Counted from the first letter of the stretch, positions 1-11,675 are shown. The stretch is 33,187 nucleotides of DNA from Octopus bimaculoides (GCF_001194135.2 NC_068982.1:191882354-191915540); one strand, 5' to 3'. The notes: a model not told the origin generated them from the sequence alone. Numbers and translations are program-made.

Positions 1-479
1 TATATATATATATATATATATATGGTGTAAACATAGCGGTTATAATAACCGACTAAGGGCTAAAATATCCGTGCGCACTGTCGGTATCCGTTACCCGTGT
101 TACTCCCGGCCACTGGTGTCAGGTAACAACAGGATAAACAAGAGTTTATCAGGTAACAAATATAAATAATCAGAACCTCAGATTAACAAACACATCCATA
201 AATGTGGTCCAATCGATGTGTTCGTTAATTTGAGGTTTTCTCCATTTTCTGATTATTTGTAACACCGTTTACAAACTCTAATCTTGGAATGACCAATTTT
301 TAATACTATTGGAACTTACTCACAAGGTACATGAATCTTATATGTATACCATTCCGCCTAAATGATGGAACTGAAGATACAATATTCCTGCACATCTCAC
401 GTCTATTTTCATTCCTCCACTTCACTCTCTATTTTATATTCTATCTAGAATAACTATTGCTTAACCATTCTCTCACACC

Positions 480-526
480 GTCTCCGATGAAGGGATATAT
501 AAATATCCCGGAAACAGCTGTAAGAC
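480..526 (+). ncRNA. Minimal type I hammerhead ribozyme candidate (Penelope-LTR type)
   Basis: GTCT-CCGATGA-A-GGGATAT(ataa)ATATCCC-G-GAAAC-AGCT-GTA-AGAC: helix I 4 bp, helix II 7 bp, palindromic helix III ACAGCTGT, GUA cleavage triplet. The core has a U4C variant. Confidence 0.7.
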
Positions 527-587
527 CTTCTCTTTATAAATGTTCTGAAATCTTTCACAGCCTTGGATTTTTTATCTAATTCTGTTA

Positions 588-621
<34 letters not shown>

Positions 622-1363
622 NNNNNNNNNNNNNNNNNNNNNNNNNNNNNNNNNNNNNNNNNNNNNNNNNNNNNNNNNNNNNNNNNNNNNNNNNNNNNNN
701 NNNNNNNNNNNNNNNNNNNNNNNNNNNNNNNNNNNNNNNNNNNNNNNNNNNNNNNNNNNNNNNNNNNNNNNNNNNNNNNNNNNNNNNNNNNNNNNNNNNN
801 NNNNNNNNNNNNNNNNNNNNNNNNNNNNNNNNNNNNNNNNNNNNNNNNNNNNNNNNNNNNNNNNNNNNNNNNNNNNNNNNNNNNNNNNNNNNNNNNNNNN
901 NNNNNNNNNNNNNNNNNNNNNNNNNNNNNNNNNNNNNNNNNNNNNNNNNNNNNNNNNNNNNNNNNNNNNNNNNNNNNNNNNNNNNNNNNNNNNNNNNNNN
1001 NNNNNNNNNNNNNNNNNNNNNNNNNNNNNNNNNNNNNNNNNNNNNNNNNNNNNNNNNNNNNNNNNNNNNNNNNNNNNNNNNNNNNNNNNNNNNNNNNNNN
1101 NNNNNNNNNNNNNNNNNNNNNNNNNNNNNNNNNNNNNNNNNNNNNNNNNNNNNNNNNNNNNNNNNNNNNNNNNNNNNNNNNNNNNNNNNNNNNNNNNNNN
1201 NNNNNNNNNNNNNNNNNNNNNNNNNNNNNNNNNNNNNNNNNNNNNNNNNNNNNNNNNNNNNNNNNNNNNNNNNNNNNNNNNNNNNNNNNNNNNNNNNNNN
1301 NNNNNNNNNNNNNNNNNNNNNNNNNNNNNNNNNNNNNNNNNNNNNNNNNNNNNNNNNNNNNNN

Positions 1364-1404
<41 letters not shown>

Positions 1405-1407
1405 TCC

Positions 1408-1458
<51 letters not shown>

Positions 1459-2729
1459 ATTTTCTATCTCCATACATACATGTGTGTATATCATACGTGT
1501 GTGTGTGTGTGAGTGCGTTTGTGTTGGGTCTGTTCTCGTCTGTCTGTCTGCCAACAAAAACACAAAGCTATGAAACGTTTAAACAAACGCACAAGTGTGC
1601 AGGTGTTTGTGCATAAATGTGCGTGCATGTTTGTGTGTATGTGTCTGCGTGTGTCTGCGTGTATGTATAAATGCTCGTACGTTTATATATTTATATATAT
1701 TTACACATTAAACTAAAAGAACCACGTAAACGGGGGGGGGTGAATTTTGTTGCTTTTCTTCCTCTTCCTTTGACCCAACAGCAACAACAACCACAACAAC
1801 TGCAAAATTAAATAACTGGGGAAACTATTGGAGAAGGGCGGTGTCTTTCGGCGTTGTTTCAAAGAAAAGTGAGGGTAAGTGGAGAAAGGGGGGGGGGTTG
1901 TTCAATTGTTAAGGTGGGGTTGCAAGGGGATAAGAAAAGAACGTAGGGGGAATGAACCCCGTGAAATGATTGTGGTAAGGCTAGTAGTGTGAGAACGGAC
2001 AAGCATTCTAGCACATGTCGATGTAGTTAGGGGCGATGGAGACGGCGAAAAAGGGGCCGTTATAGCTGTTGTTTCGAGAAGTCATAATGTTAAGTTATAA
2101 GGGACAGGGAGAGAGAAGGGGGGGAGAAGAAGAAGAAGAAGAAGAAGAAGAAAGAGGAGGAAGAGGCCAGCAGGGTGAATGCAGCTTGTATTTAAAAAGA
2201 AGTCTTCAATCAGCAGCCGAGCGCCTAATTTTCATTGCATCCCCCTCCCCATCCCCCTCTCTAGTCATACTGACACTCTCTTACCACCACTCAATCCAGT
2301 CCTCCTCATCTTCATCCAAATATTAGGGTGGAAGAAACTACGGGTTTTTCTTCTTTTCTTTTTTAAAGCCTGGTATTTATTCTATTGGTTTTCTTTTGTC
2401 GAATCGCTAAGTTATGGGACGCAAACGCACCAACACCGGTTGTGAAGCGGTGGTGGAGGACAAAACACAGACACAAAGCCACACACACACACTGATAAAA
2501 AGAGNNNNNNNNNNNNNNNNNNNNNNNNNNNNNNNNNNNNNNNNNNNNNNNNNNNNNNNNNNNNNNNNNNNNNNNNNNNNNNNNNNNNNNNNNNNNNNNN
2601 NNNNNNNNNNNNNNNNNNNNNNNNNNNNNNNNNNNNNNNNNNNNNNNNNNNNNNNNNNNNNNNNNNNNNNNNNNNNNNNNNNNNNNNNNNNNNNNNNNNN
2701 NNNNNNNNNNNNNNNNNNNNNNNNNTATA

Positions 2730-2799
<70 letters not shown>

Positions 2800-2815
2800 C
2801 ATATATATGTATGTA

Positions 2816-3052
2816 TCTTTTGTCTTTTACATGTTTCAGCCATTTGACTGCGGCCATGCTGGGACGTCGCCTTGAAGAATTTCAGTCAAATGAATCGACT
2901 CTAGTGCTTATTCTTTTCTTTTTTAAAGCCTGGTATTTATTCTATTGGTTTTCTTTTGTCGAATCGCTAAGTTATGGGACGCAAACGCACCAACACCGGT
3001 TGTGAAGCGGTGGTGGAGGACAAAACACAGACACAAAGCCACACACACACAC
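2816..3052 (-). mobile_element. SINE 3' portion (same body as 11351-11675)
   Basis: cagccatttgactgcggccatgctgg..aagcctggtatttattctattgg..gctaagttatggg..caaacgcaccaacaccggttgt. Lacks the tRNA head. Confidence 0.75.
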
Positions 3053-3587
3053 TGATAAAAAGAGTTAATGAAGTAGGGAAATTAATTATATCGATCTAAA
3101 TAGTAGAATGTAAAGGACATTGTATACTTGCTATCTGTTCCCCGTTTACATGTGAACCCTATTTTCGAGACTCCCAATTGCTATAAACTGACATCCTTTT
3201 TGCTTTATCTATCCAGACGGTTTATACTGTTAATTACATTTTTTTTTCAAATACTCTCGAAACAAGTCTATCTCAATATCTTTCCTTCTGCTACACTTTC
3301 ACCTCATTTACTTCATCTCCTCGCTCAGTACACTCCAATCCACCATATTAACTCAAATGTCTTCGCCCTAACTTAAACCCCTCCCACCCCGCCTTCATTC
3401 TGTTTTAACTTTCACTTTAGTTCTCCTTTTCTTGATACCATTCTCTATATTTCATAAACACAATATCTGCAGACTTCTCTCTCATTCCTTACACTTTCTT
3501 TTTTCTCTCTATTATTACTACTTCTAGGCTTGTGCGCGCACACGCAGACACATACACACAAACATAGAAGTAGTAATAATAACTTAC

Positions 3588-3638
<51 letters not shown>

Positions 3639-3791
3639 ATCATACATCATCTTTACATACATCATCACCACTCATAACTTCCTTTTCATATCTTACAAAA
3701 TCCTCCTTTCTTGGTCTTCCACACATTATTAGTTTGAAGATGATTTTTTTTTTGTATATGCATACCGGAGATGAAAAAATTGATGTAACCC

Positions 3792-3944
3792 TGATATTCT
3801 GTCGATCTGAAGAGCGAGCCTTCTATCCCTACACTAGTTTGTACTGTGCAATCTATAGCATACACACTAGTGCAAACATGTAAAATCATTAGATTATTTT
3901 TGCATGATGTTGGCTGCGAAACAGCCGTCAACCTATGGATATCA
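3792..3944 (+). ncRNA. Type I hammerhead-like motif with branched helix II insert
   Basis: CTGAAGA (3807-3813), GCGAGCC/GGCTGC helix II, GAAAC-AGCC-GTC (3918-3929). Distal helix I TGATATTC/GGATATCA. Proximal helix I is mismatched. Confidence 0.5.
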
Positions 3945-4214
3945 ACTGGGGAAATAAATATATTCAACCCCCTGTCTTTTCTCTTCTTTATATTCTATAT
4001 AATCCTCATGAAATAATCTTCACTGATTGGATTTACTGGATTTCAACTGCATAGGACTCTACATTACACTCCTACGTATTTGTTTAGTATGTGGCATGTA
4101 ACTGGGTCCACTAACGAAGCTTTTTTTGTGATGACCCCTGCATTATATAGATCCATGTATTGTATGCATATACTCATTTATTATTTGTTTTTATATATTA
4201 CATTCCCTTTTCTT

Positions 4215-4610
4215 GCCTGCGAGAACAAAGCCTACCAGAACGCAGGACCTGGTGCCAGTCCTGCTTCTCCTCAGTTCAAAAATTTGAGCAAAATTGACTC
4301 CAACATCGGGACCGACTTCATGCAAGCATGAAGGCACGCGGGCAGAACACTGCTCTTCTAAACGTAAACCTTACCTCTCATTGTGGTTTTGTGGCACGAA
4401 GCAAAGCAGGCCATGCTGTCCACTCAAGAAAACGCATAGTAAATAATCCACAAGTACTCAAGCAAACTGCGTCCTCAAATTGTTCCATTTGCCAAAAGGT
4501 TTACAAAGAACCAGCAGGCTTCAAGAGACGCGTTCCTGACCAGAGAACATGATTACTGCTTTATTTTACAGAACCTTCTTTTGTCGTTCACGACAAGAGA
4601 ATCCATCATT
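4215..4610 (+). mobile_element. RTE-like LINE 3' end with degenerate C2H2-type motifs
   Basis: Frame ERRTWCQSCFSSVQKFEQN*LQHRDRLHASMKARG..HCGFVARSKAGHAVHSR..CSICQKVYKEPAGFKR resembles RTE C-termini (DRxxWRxxxxxxxxxFE then CxxCxxxxxSxxGLxxH). Ends at (CAT)n. Confidence 0.55.
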
Positions 4611-5349
4611 ATCATCATCATCATTATACATACATACATAGGATTTATATATATATATATATATATATATACGCTTAGGAATGTAAAATATAAAATTCAA
4701 AACCATACAAAATTTAACAATATAAAGGTAAAACATAGAGGATAAGAGATTAATGAGGCAAACATATCAAAATAATAAGAATTTATAGAAACTAATAAGA
4801 AATATATATAAAGACAGACGGTTAAAATTAAAAGCAGGAAAAGATAAAGGTAACTTAAAAAGGGTAATAAGTATGGAAATAATGAGGACAGTTTAAGGTA
4901 TTCATACTGAAGTGGTTTTATAAGTTATAATATTACAGGTGCTATTGTATGCATGATTGTATAGTTCTTAGTGGATATAAGATTTAGTCAAGGGAGACTT
5001 ACTATCACAAAATCATTACAAATATACTTAATATGACTGATAGAGTAGAAATTCATAGAAGGAAAGAATAGTGAAATCACCAAATAGGATGAAGTCAGAC
5101 TAACTCGGCAGGGATTACCATAGGATAATATTACATATAATACATCACATAACAATACGTAGCATATAATGTATGTAATGCAACACATTATACTATATAA
5201 TATGATATCCTATATTAGAGGGTAAGTTATAAAGGATACGACGTCCGAAGTTAGTGACATGAAATTCTTCCATCATCTTGTTCTATGAAAATATCTAAGA
5301 AAAATTATATTAATATATCTTGTCTGTTGAAAATCCATATTTTGTACAG

Positions 5350-5422
5350 CTGAAGATAGCGCTGTATTTAAATTGATGTAATGATCATCTTGTTCAATTA
5401 AATGGAGCCGCTTGAAACGGTC
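5350..5422 (+). ncRNA. Degenerate hammerhead-like motif
   Basis: CTGAAGA-T-AGCG...CGCT-T-GAAAC-G-GTC with a long AT-rich helix II (ATTTAAATTGA/TCAATTAAAT). Helix I is poor. Confidence 0.4.
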
Positions 5423-5465
5423 ATACTGCATTACCACTTAAAATCCTGTTATTTATTTTGATATG

Positions 5466-5503
<38 letters not shown>

Positions 5504-5612
5504 ATCGATTTAGGAAGCAGAAGATGGATTTGGTATTTGTCTTTATTCCGTACGACGATCGTTTCGACCCACCTGTGACTATCCTTTATGAGTGGAATGT
5601 TGTGCATCCTAT

Positions 5613-5770
5613 TGCATCAACTTTTGCAGTCTGGCTCACGTCAGGTACATGCATACATAGCTAGTAAAGCGGGCAAATAGCAACATGACTGTCCGAACTC
5701 AGTATTTTTAGCGGGACGCCATTTTATGTATGCGTATACCTGACGTGACTCAGACTACAAAATTGATGCA
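5613..5770. repeat. Inverted repeat / MITE-like element (about 47-bp arms, 65-bp spacer)
   Basis: tgcatcaacttttgcagtctggctcacgtcaggtacatgcatacata (5613-5659) vs tatgtatgcgtatacctgacgtgactcagactacaaaattgatgca (5725-5770). No clear TSD. Confidence 0.7.
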
Positions 5771-5978
5771 GTTTAATACAAGGTACAAGCCCCACCCACC
5801 CACCNNNNNNNNNNAATTCCTGAAGTAGACCCAAGAGAAATATACCCTGACTGCAGAGGACACCAAACAGCTCCCAAACTATGCTACTGCTTTACTCAAC
5901 ACATCAACACATAAATTGACATATACCCATTAATCCCAAAATCACACACACACACACACATGTGTGTATATGTGTATA

Positions 5979-6040
<62 letters not shown>

Positions 6041-6997
6041 TACATACATACATACATACATACATACACGACAGGCTTCTATTTTGAGTTCTAACAACTA
6101 GCTCTTGGTAGCGTTTTGGTTAAGCGGAATCATTATAAAGTGTGTGTGTGTGTGTGTACATAATGTATGCATATATAAGTGTGTATATCAAAATATATTT
6201 TACAGGAATCCAACTGTTTTTGGTCGCACAAGCAAAAGTGTCGTCAACTAAAATGAAACAAGTGTATACGTATTATACATGCAGTTGACACGTGATTGTA
6301 TATAAATTACACTGGCGTATACATATTATATACACTGAAAACACCGAAATGTATAACAACTATTCTATCAGTTAAGCTTTTTTATCCTATAATAAAGAAA
6401 ATATCTTAAAACGCACAATGTCCAGTAATATCTTTGTCATCAAGTTTCTTTTCTTTCTTTTTTTTTAATATATTTTCATGATTTTGAAATTATAAAGTTC
6501 TTAAATGCATCATCAATATTTCTAGACCTTCACAGCCTCATCTTCAGGCTAAAATGGTCTTGGCGCAGCCCGAGGCCTCCGTTAGATCTCACATGCAGCC
6601 ACGATAGAAAGTTTGCTCGTTTTAATGAACACATTGGAATATATGCCAGGTGTGTGGACAATATACACACTAGAAGAGATCGAAAAGTCGAAGGAAGACT
6701 CACAGAATAATTTGGTACACGAAATTCGACATCCATGACTTCACAAATGACACTCCCGGCAATAAAACAACGCGTTTCTAGATGGAGACGGGTAAAGTGC
6801 AAATACTTCATCCAGAATACAGACAGAAAATGATAGATTTATCAAGTCCGGTTACACCAAAGACTGACATAAAAGGCTGTAGTTCCACGGTGACAGCGAT
6901 TCTCCATACAAATACAAATTGTCAGTGGGGAGGTCACTACTTAGAGAAACATTTAAATTATACTCCACAAACGAACTAATACACTTTCATCGAGTAC

Positions 6998-7210
6998 AAA
7001 ATTAAAACAATCTCCAAGTAAATTAAAATAATCAAGAAGCAAATTAAAACAATCTCGGAGTAAATCGATAATCTCGAAGCAAATTAAAACGATCTCGAAG
7101 CTAACTAAAATAATCTCGAAACAAATTAAAAAGATCTCGAAGCAAATTAAAATAATATTGTAGTCAATTAAAATAACATCGGAGCAAACTGAAATAATTT
7201 CGAATTGATA
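6998..7210. repeat. 21-bp minisatellite (about 10 diverged units, consensus near aaattaaaayaatctcgaagc)
   Basis: Visible periodicity. It also produces the pseudo-ORF 6953-7234 (FEIIL repeats). Confidence 0.85.
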
Positions 7211-7534
7211 TAATATGTTGATTAAAAATGTCAAATTGTTTAATTAAATGTCTGATTAGATGTTTAATTAGACGACGACAGATAAAATCTTTGATGAATT
7301 GTTTAAAATATTTAATCAGATGTCTGATTAAATGCTTGTCTCTAAGATGTATCGTTTTCAATTAGACTAAAATTTATTCATAAACTTCTTCTTAAGACTA
7401 TAATGTTTATCAAATCAGTCAAATGATCTCAGATATTTTGGGGTGGGGGTAGGGGTCTTTTAACTCCACCCCAATTCTCCTACACACCCACCTCTAACTA
7501 TAATTGCTTCATTAACATCACTTTTAGTGCAGTG

Positions 7535-7592
7535 GATTGTCAGAATCGACACAATAACATCCCGTTCTGAGTTCAAATCCTGCCAAGGCCTT
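7535..7592 (+). mobile_element. SINE head fragment
   Basis: gattgtcagaatcg...cgttctgagttcaaatcctgccaaggcc is similar to the head of the 21571 SINE. Confidence 0.45.
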
Positions 7593-8118
7593 CTCTCGAC
7601 GAATATACAACAGTGGAATTCTTTGCTTTTTTTTTTTATCTCGGGTATCGGTGGTGATGGTGGTGGAGGTATTGGTGATGGTGGTGGAGGTATTGGTGAT
7701 GGTGGTGGAGGTATTGGTGATGCTGCTGCTGCTGATAGTTGAACTGTTTGGATCGTTGATGTTTGTGAACGTGTCAGTGGTGGCGGTGGTAGTAGTCCTG
7801 TTGCTAGTGGTAGCAGTTGTTGTTGCTGTTATTGTGATGGTGGTGGTGGTGATGGTGATATACCATCACCGCCACCACTAATAGACCCGTCCCTACCCTT
7901 CTATTCGGACGTCTCATTTGTCATATGGTTGCTTCAATCAAACCACACTGTGCCTCCTCCCCTCCCATCCCCTTCTATTTTACTCCTCCTCTTCCTACTC
8001 CCCTGTGACATTGGGAAAGGGGAGGAAGTGGAAGGGGTTGTCTCCCTTGCTTTGTGTTTCCTTTTCTTTTTTCTTTTTATTCATTTATGATTTTTCTGAC
8101 CAAGTATCGTCCATTTGC

Positions 8119-8290
8119 GAGAAACAACAGCCACATCGCTCTCATTTTAAACATGACTGATATCGGAAAGGAAGGCCAATTGAATAATATGGTCCACTGC
8201 TTGAATGAAAACAGGATGGTCACGATTGGAATATCTAGGACTAGTACAACCACCTACGACTGACCTAGGGTTAAAACAACAACAACAAAC
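8119..8290 (+). repeat. Interspersed repeat with AAC tail (family also at 8385-8450, 12001-12149, 29233-29395)
   Basis: Shared order of motifs: (g)agaaa(t/c)a(a/g)cagcc ... atggtcacg ... gggttaaa(c)aacaac. Probably the 3' part of a SINE. Confidence 0.45.
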
Positions 8291-8787
8291 CAATGAGGAA
8301 GTCCTTACGCAGTCGACTAACCTGCTGGAAATGGCATCCAAAATTCCATCAGCACACACGTGAAGGCTATTTTGAACAATGATAAAATGATGGAATGGTC
8401 ACGATTGGAAAGTCTGGTTGAAGGCCAACCAGGGGCTAAACGACAACAGCTTCTTAAAAAGACCTTTTATTTATCTGGAAGACAGAAAATGGTGAGGTGT
8501 GAGCGGCAGAGAGATGCTCCACCGCTTCGTGGGCGGCGGGAAGACTTTATTTGTTTTTGTTTTTATTCTTGATCATCTTTTATTCTTCAATTGTTTTTAG
8601 GGACTTTTTTGTTTTCCTTTTTTTTTCACGCTGTTCTATTTGTGTTAGGGATCCCTCATGCAGACCCCTTTCTTTCTTTATTAAGGAGACGGTGACTGCT
8701 GTTTACATTCGGATATGTCCCCCTTTTACGTCTCAAAGACGATTTATTCCCTCCGTCATACACCGCACCTTCCCTCCGCTCTCTCTC

Positions 8788-8833
<46 letters not shown>

Positions 8834-10089
8834 TCTCTCTCTCTCTCTCNNNNNNNNNNNNNNNNNNNNNNNNNNNNNNNNNNNNNNNNNNNNNNNNNNN
8901 NNNNNNNNNNNNNNNNNNNNNNNNNNNNNNNNNNNNNNNNNNNNNNNNNNNNNNNNNNNNNNNNNNCGGATGGATGGATGGATGGAGGGAGGGAGGGAGG
9001 GATGTTGGTGTCCTGTTCTCAAAGAGGTGGGATTTTAGGCAATAAGTTTAATGACAGCAATAATGGCTGGTCTCCATTCATCTCATTACCTCGATGACAC
9101 GGAGACTCCCCACCCCAGGGGAGGCAGTTAACACCCACACCCAGTGGCTAGTTTCTTTTTACCAGCGAAAATTACCAATCAGCTGTTGGTTCACACACAC
9201 ACACACACTCACACACACACACACGGGCAATAGCATGCACACATATACATGCATTGTAACATATATGCACACTGACTGTAACACGCGGACACGCACGCAT
9301 ACATACACAGATACACACACATACATACATGCACACACACACACACACACACACCAACACAGAAGTAGATATAACCAGCCAAAATTACCAATCAGCTGTT
9401 TGTTTCACACACACACACACAAACAAACAAACAAGGAAACACGTACACTCACACAGACACTCACACAGGTAGATGTTACCTGCGAACATTACCGATCACA
9501 CACATGACACACACATGACACACACATACACACACATACACACACACACGCAATCTTAGCAACCCAAACACGTAATCATGCGTCCACATATTTTCAATTT
9601 TAATTTCTCCGTAAATCAACCCCCCCCCCTACGCTTCTGTTCCGATTGCAAATCAATGATCGAACCTCTATCTGGTCCTTCGATCTACAAGAAAGAACAG
9701 TTGCATCGTTTGCAGATCTCGCCTTCAATGACATTGGATCATGTGACTCCAGCTTCACTCGGCCAAAGCACAGTAGTTGCGGTGGGATCTCGTTTGAACA
9801 TAGCTCTGATCTAATGACCGGGAAAAACCTAGGGCTAAACAGCAACTCTGTGACAATGCTTCGGTTCCTTTTCTTTTCTTTTTTCTTTTTTCTTGCCGAC
9901 CGGTAAAGAAGAGGAGGGATGACAGGGGGGAGAGTGAGTGGGGATGATAAGAGGGCCGACAGAGGGCGCCAGAGTTGCGAGGAATGTCGCCGCTGAAACA
10001 GGAAAAATTTGGGAAGAAAGGTTATATATGAAATAAATATTTATCGTGGCTTTTATCGAGGCGAAATAAACCCAGAAGCAAGTTCCATG

Positions 10090-10343
10090 TCATGTGGTAC
10101 CATGTAGTATTATAATAGGTGCCATGTAATAGCGAACGGGTATAGACAGTCTATCCTTGGCTCTCCTACTCCGGACCCAATGAAACATCGGCGGTGTGAG
10201 AAAAGGTTGCACCAGCACTTGTTCCAGTGGAATAGATAGGAAGAATTTGAAGAATGCCTTGCACAACGCACCGTCCGATCCAGAAATCGAACCCACGACC
10301 TTATACTCATAAGCCTAATAGCCTAATCACTTGGTCACGCGCT
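10090..10343 (-). mobile_element. tRNA-derived SINE
   Basis: Minus strand gcgcgtgaccaagtgattagg (A box), ggttcgatttc (B box), then tgcgttgtgcaaggcattcttc. Confidence 0.65.
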
Positions 10344-10506
10344 TTAGAGTGTGTTTAATTTGCTCTGAAAGGGCGGGATAAGGTACAATTGGTTTACTTA
10401 TCAGCTCCGAAGAGGAGAACGGTTCCAAATGTGAGACCTTGTATACATACATACATACATACATACATACATACATACATACATACATACATACATACAT
10501 ACATAC

Positions 10507-10721
10507 CAATCTTGAGAAGTTAGTCTTCTCAAAACCAGAAAGGGGAAAGCTAATTCCAAGACTACAGATCCAATCCATCACTGGAACTGTAAAAATCTGT
10601 AAAACTTTCCAGAAATTTATCATTTAAATATATATGAGCATCTCTAGATATGTAGCTATATGCATGAGAAGGCATACATAAGACATACAAATCTGCACAC
10701 ATACATACATACATACATACA

Positions 10722-10753
<32 letters not shown>

Positions 10754-10870
10754 AACAAAAATTCCCTGCTGTTAATGTTGAAATTCCAGTGAAGGAGACT
10801 TGGATCTGGGTTAGAAACCGGTTCTTTCTCTATTGGCAAGAAAGCTTGAAACAAAACGGAATAATGACAT
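10507..10870 (+). mobile_element. Short 5'-truncated copy of R4/Dong-like family B (ORF C-terminus + 3' UTR)
   Basis: [40 protein letters not shown] matches TNLEQLGFSKAERRKLIRRLQIHSTTGNVKICETFQKFII* of the 16.2-19.2 kb copy. The 3' UTR (gttgaaattccagtgaaggagacttggatctgggttagaaaccgg) matches 16191-16400 in reverse complement. Confidence 0.9.
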
Positions 10871-11350
10871 GACATGTTCATAATCAGCGATGGATTAAAT
10901 TTCTATTTTCTTCCGGTGTTAGAAGGTGGTCATGCAATCGTCTCTGCTGCAACAATTGCGGCATAACACCCCTTGTATATGTTGGTGATAACTCCTCTTC
11001 TATCAACCAGTCTTCGAGGACTTGAAAAATTTAAAGGGTCAAGGGTGTTGCTCTTTCCCCTCGAATGCATGTGGTCTGAAAACGTGGCACAAGGCCGAAG
11101 AGAAGTAGGAAGCGAAGAAATCGAAGGGGTTAAGGAGTTGCTTTTATTTGGGATACACAGAGAATCAATACGCCGAGACATAATCAGTGAAATCTCGATG
11201 AGAATAAGGTCAGGACGGAAGGAGTTTAGCTCGATATAAGATGTGTTCAAAGTTGGACAAGACGCCACAGGCCACGCTCTTCGGTAGCACCGCTCTACGT
11301 AAGTTCTAATATATGCGCCGGCCTCTCTGTGTGCGTGTGTGTGTGTGTGT

Positions 11351-11675
11351 TGGGGCACCACCTTGATGAATTTTAGTCGAACGAATTGACCCCAGTACTT
11401 ATTTAAAGCCTGGTACTTATTCTATCGGCTTCTATCACCGAGCCGCTAAGTTACGGGGATGTGAACACAGACACCAGTTGTCATGTGGTGATGGGGAACA
11501 AACACAGACACATACATTTATATATCTCGACGGGCTTCTTCCAGTTTCCATCCACTAATCCACTCACAAGGCTTTGGTTAGCTCGAAGTTATAATAGAAG
11601 GTACCACGCAATGGGATTGAACCCGGAACCGTGTGGCTGGGAATCAAATTTCGTACCACACAGCCACGCCTGCGC
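11351..11675 (-). mobile_element. tRNA-derived SINE
   Basis: Minus strand starts gcgcaggcgtggctgtgtggt (A box) and has ggttcaatccc (B box). The body shares aagcctggtacttattctatcgg...gctaagttacgggga with the 2.8-3.05 kb copy. Confidence 0.85.

Noticed and set aside
6206-6396. Possible terminal exon (ttttacag|...NPTVFGRTSKSVVN*, AATAAA at 6391)
   Set aside because: Only 15 codons with no homology cue. Such signals are frequent by chance in AT-rich DNA.
6515-6830. Minus-strand PLE/hammerhead-like fragments (GAAACGCGTT near 6770; CTGAAGA...GAAA near 6520-6547)
   Set aside because: Each half lacks a properly spaced partner core or a pairing helix I. It may be a PLE remnant but is not supportable.
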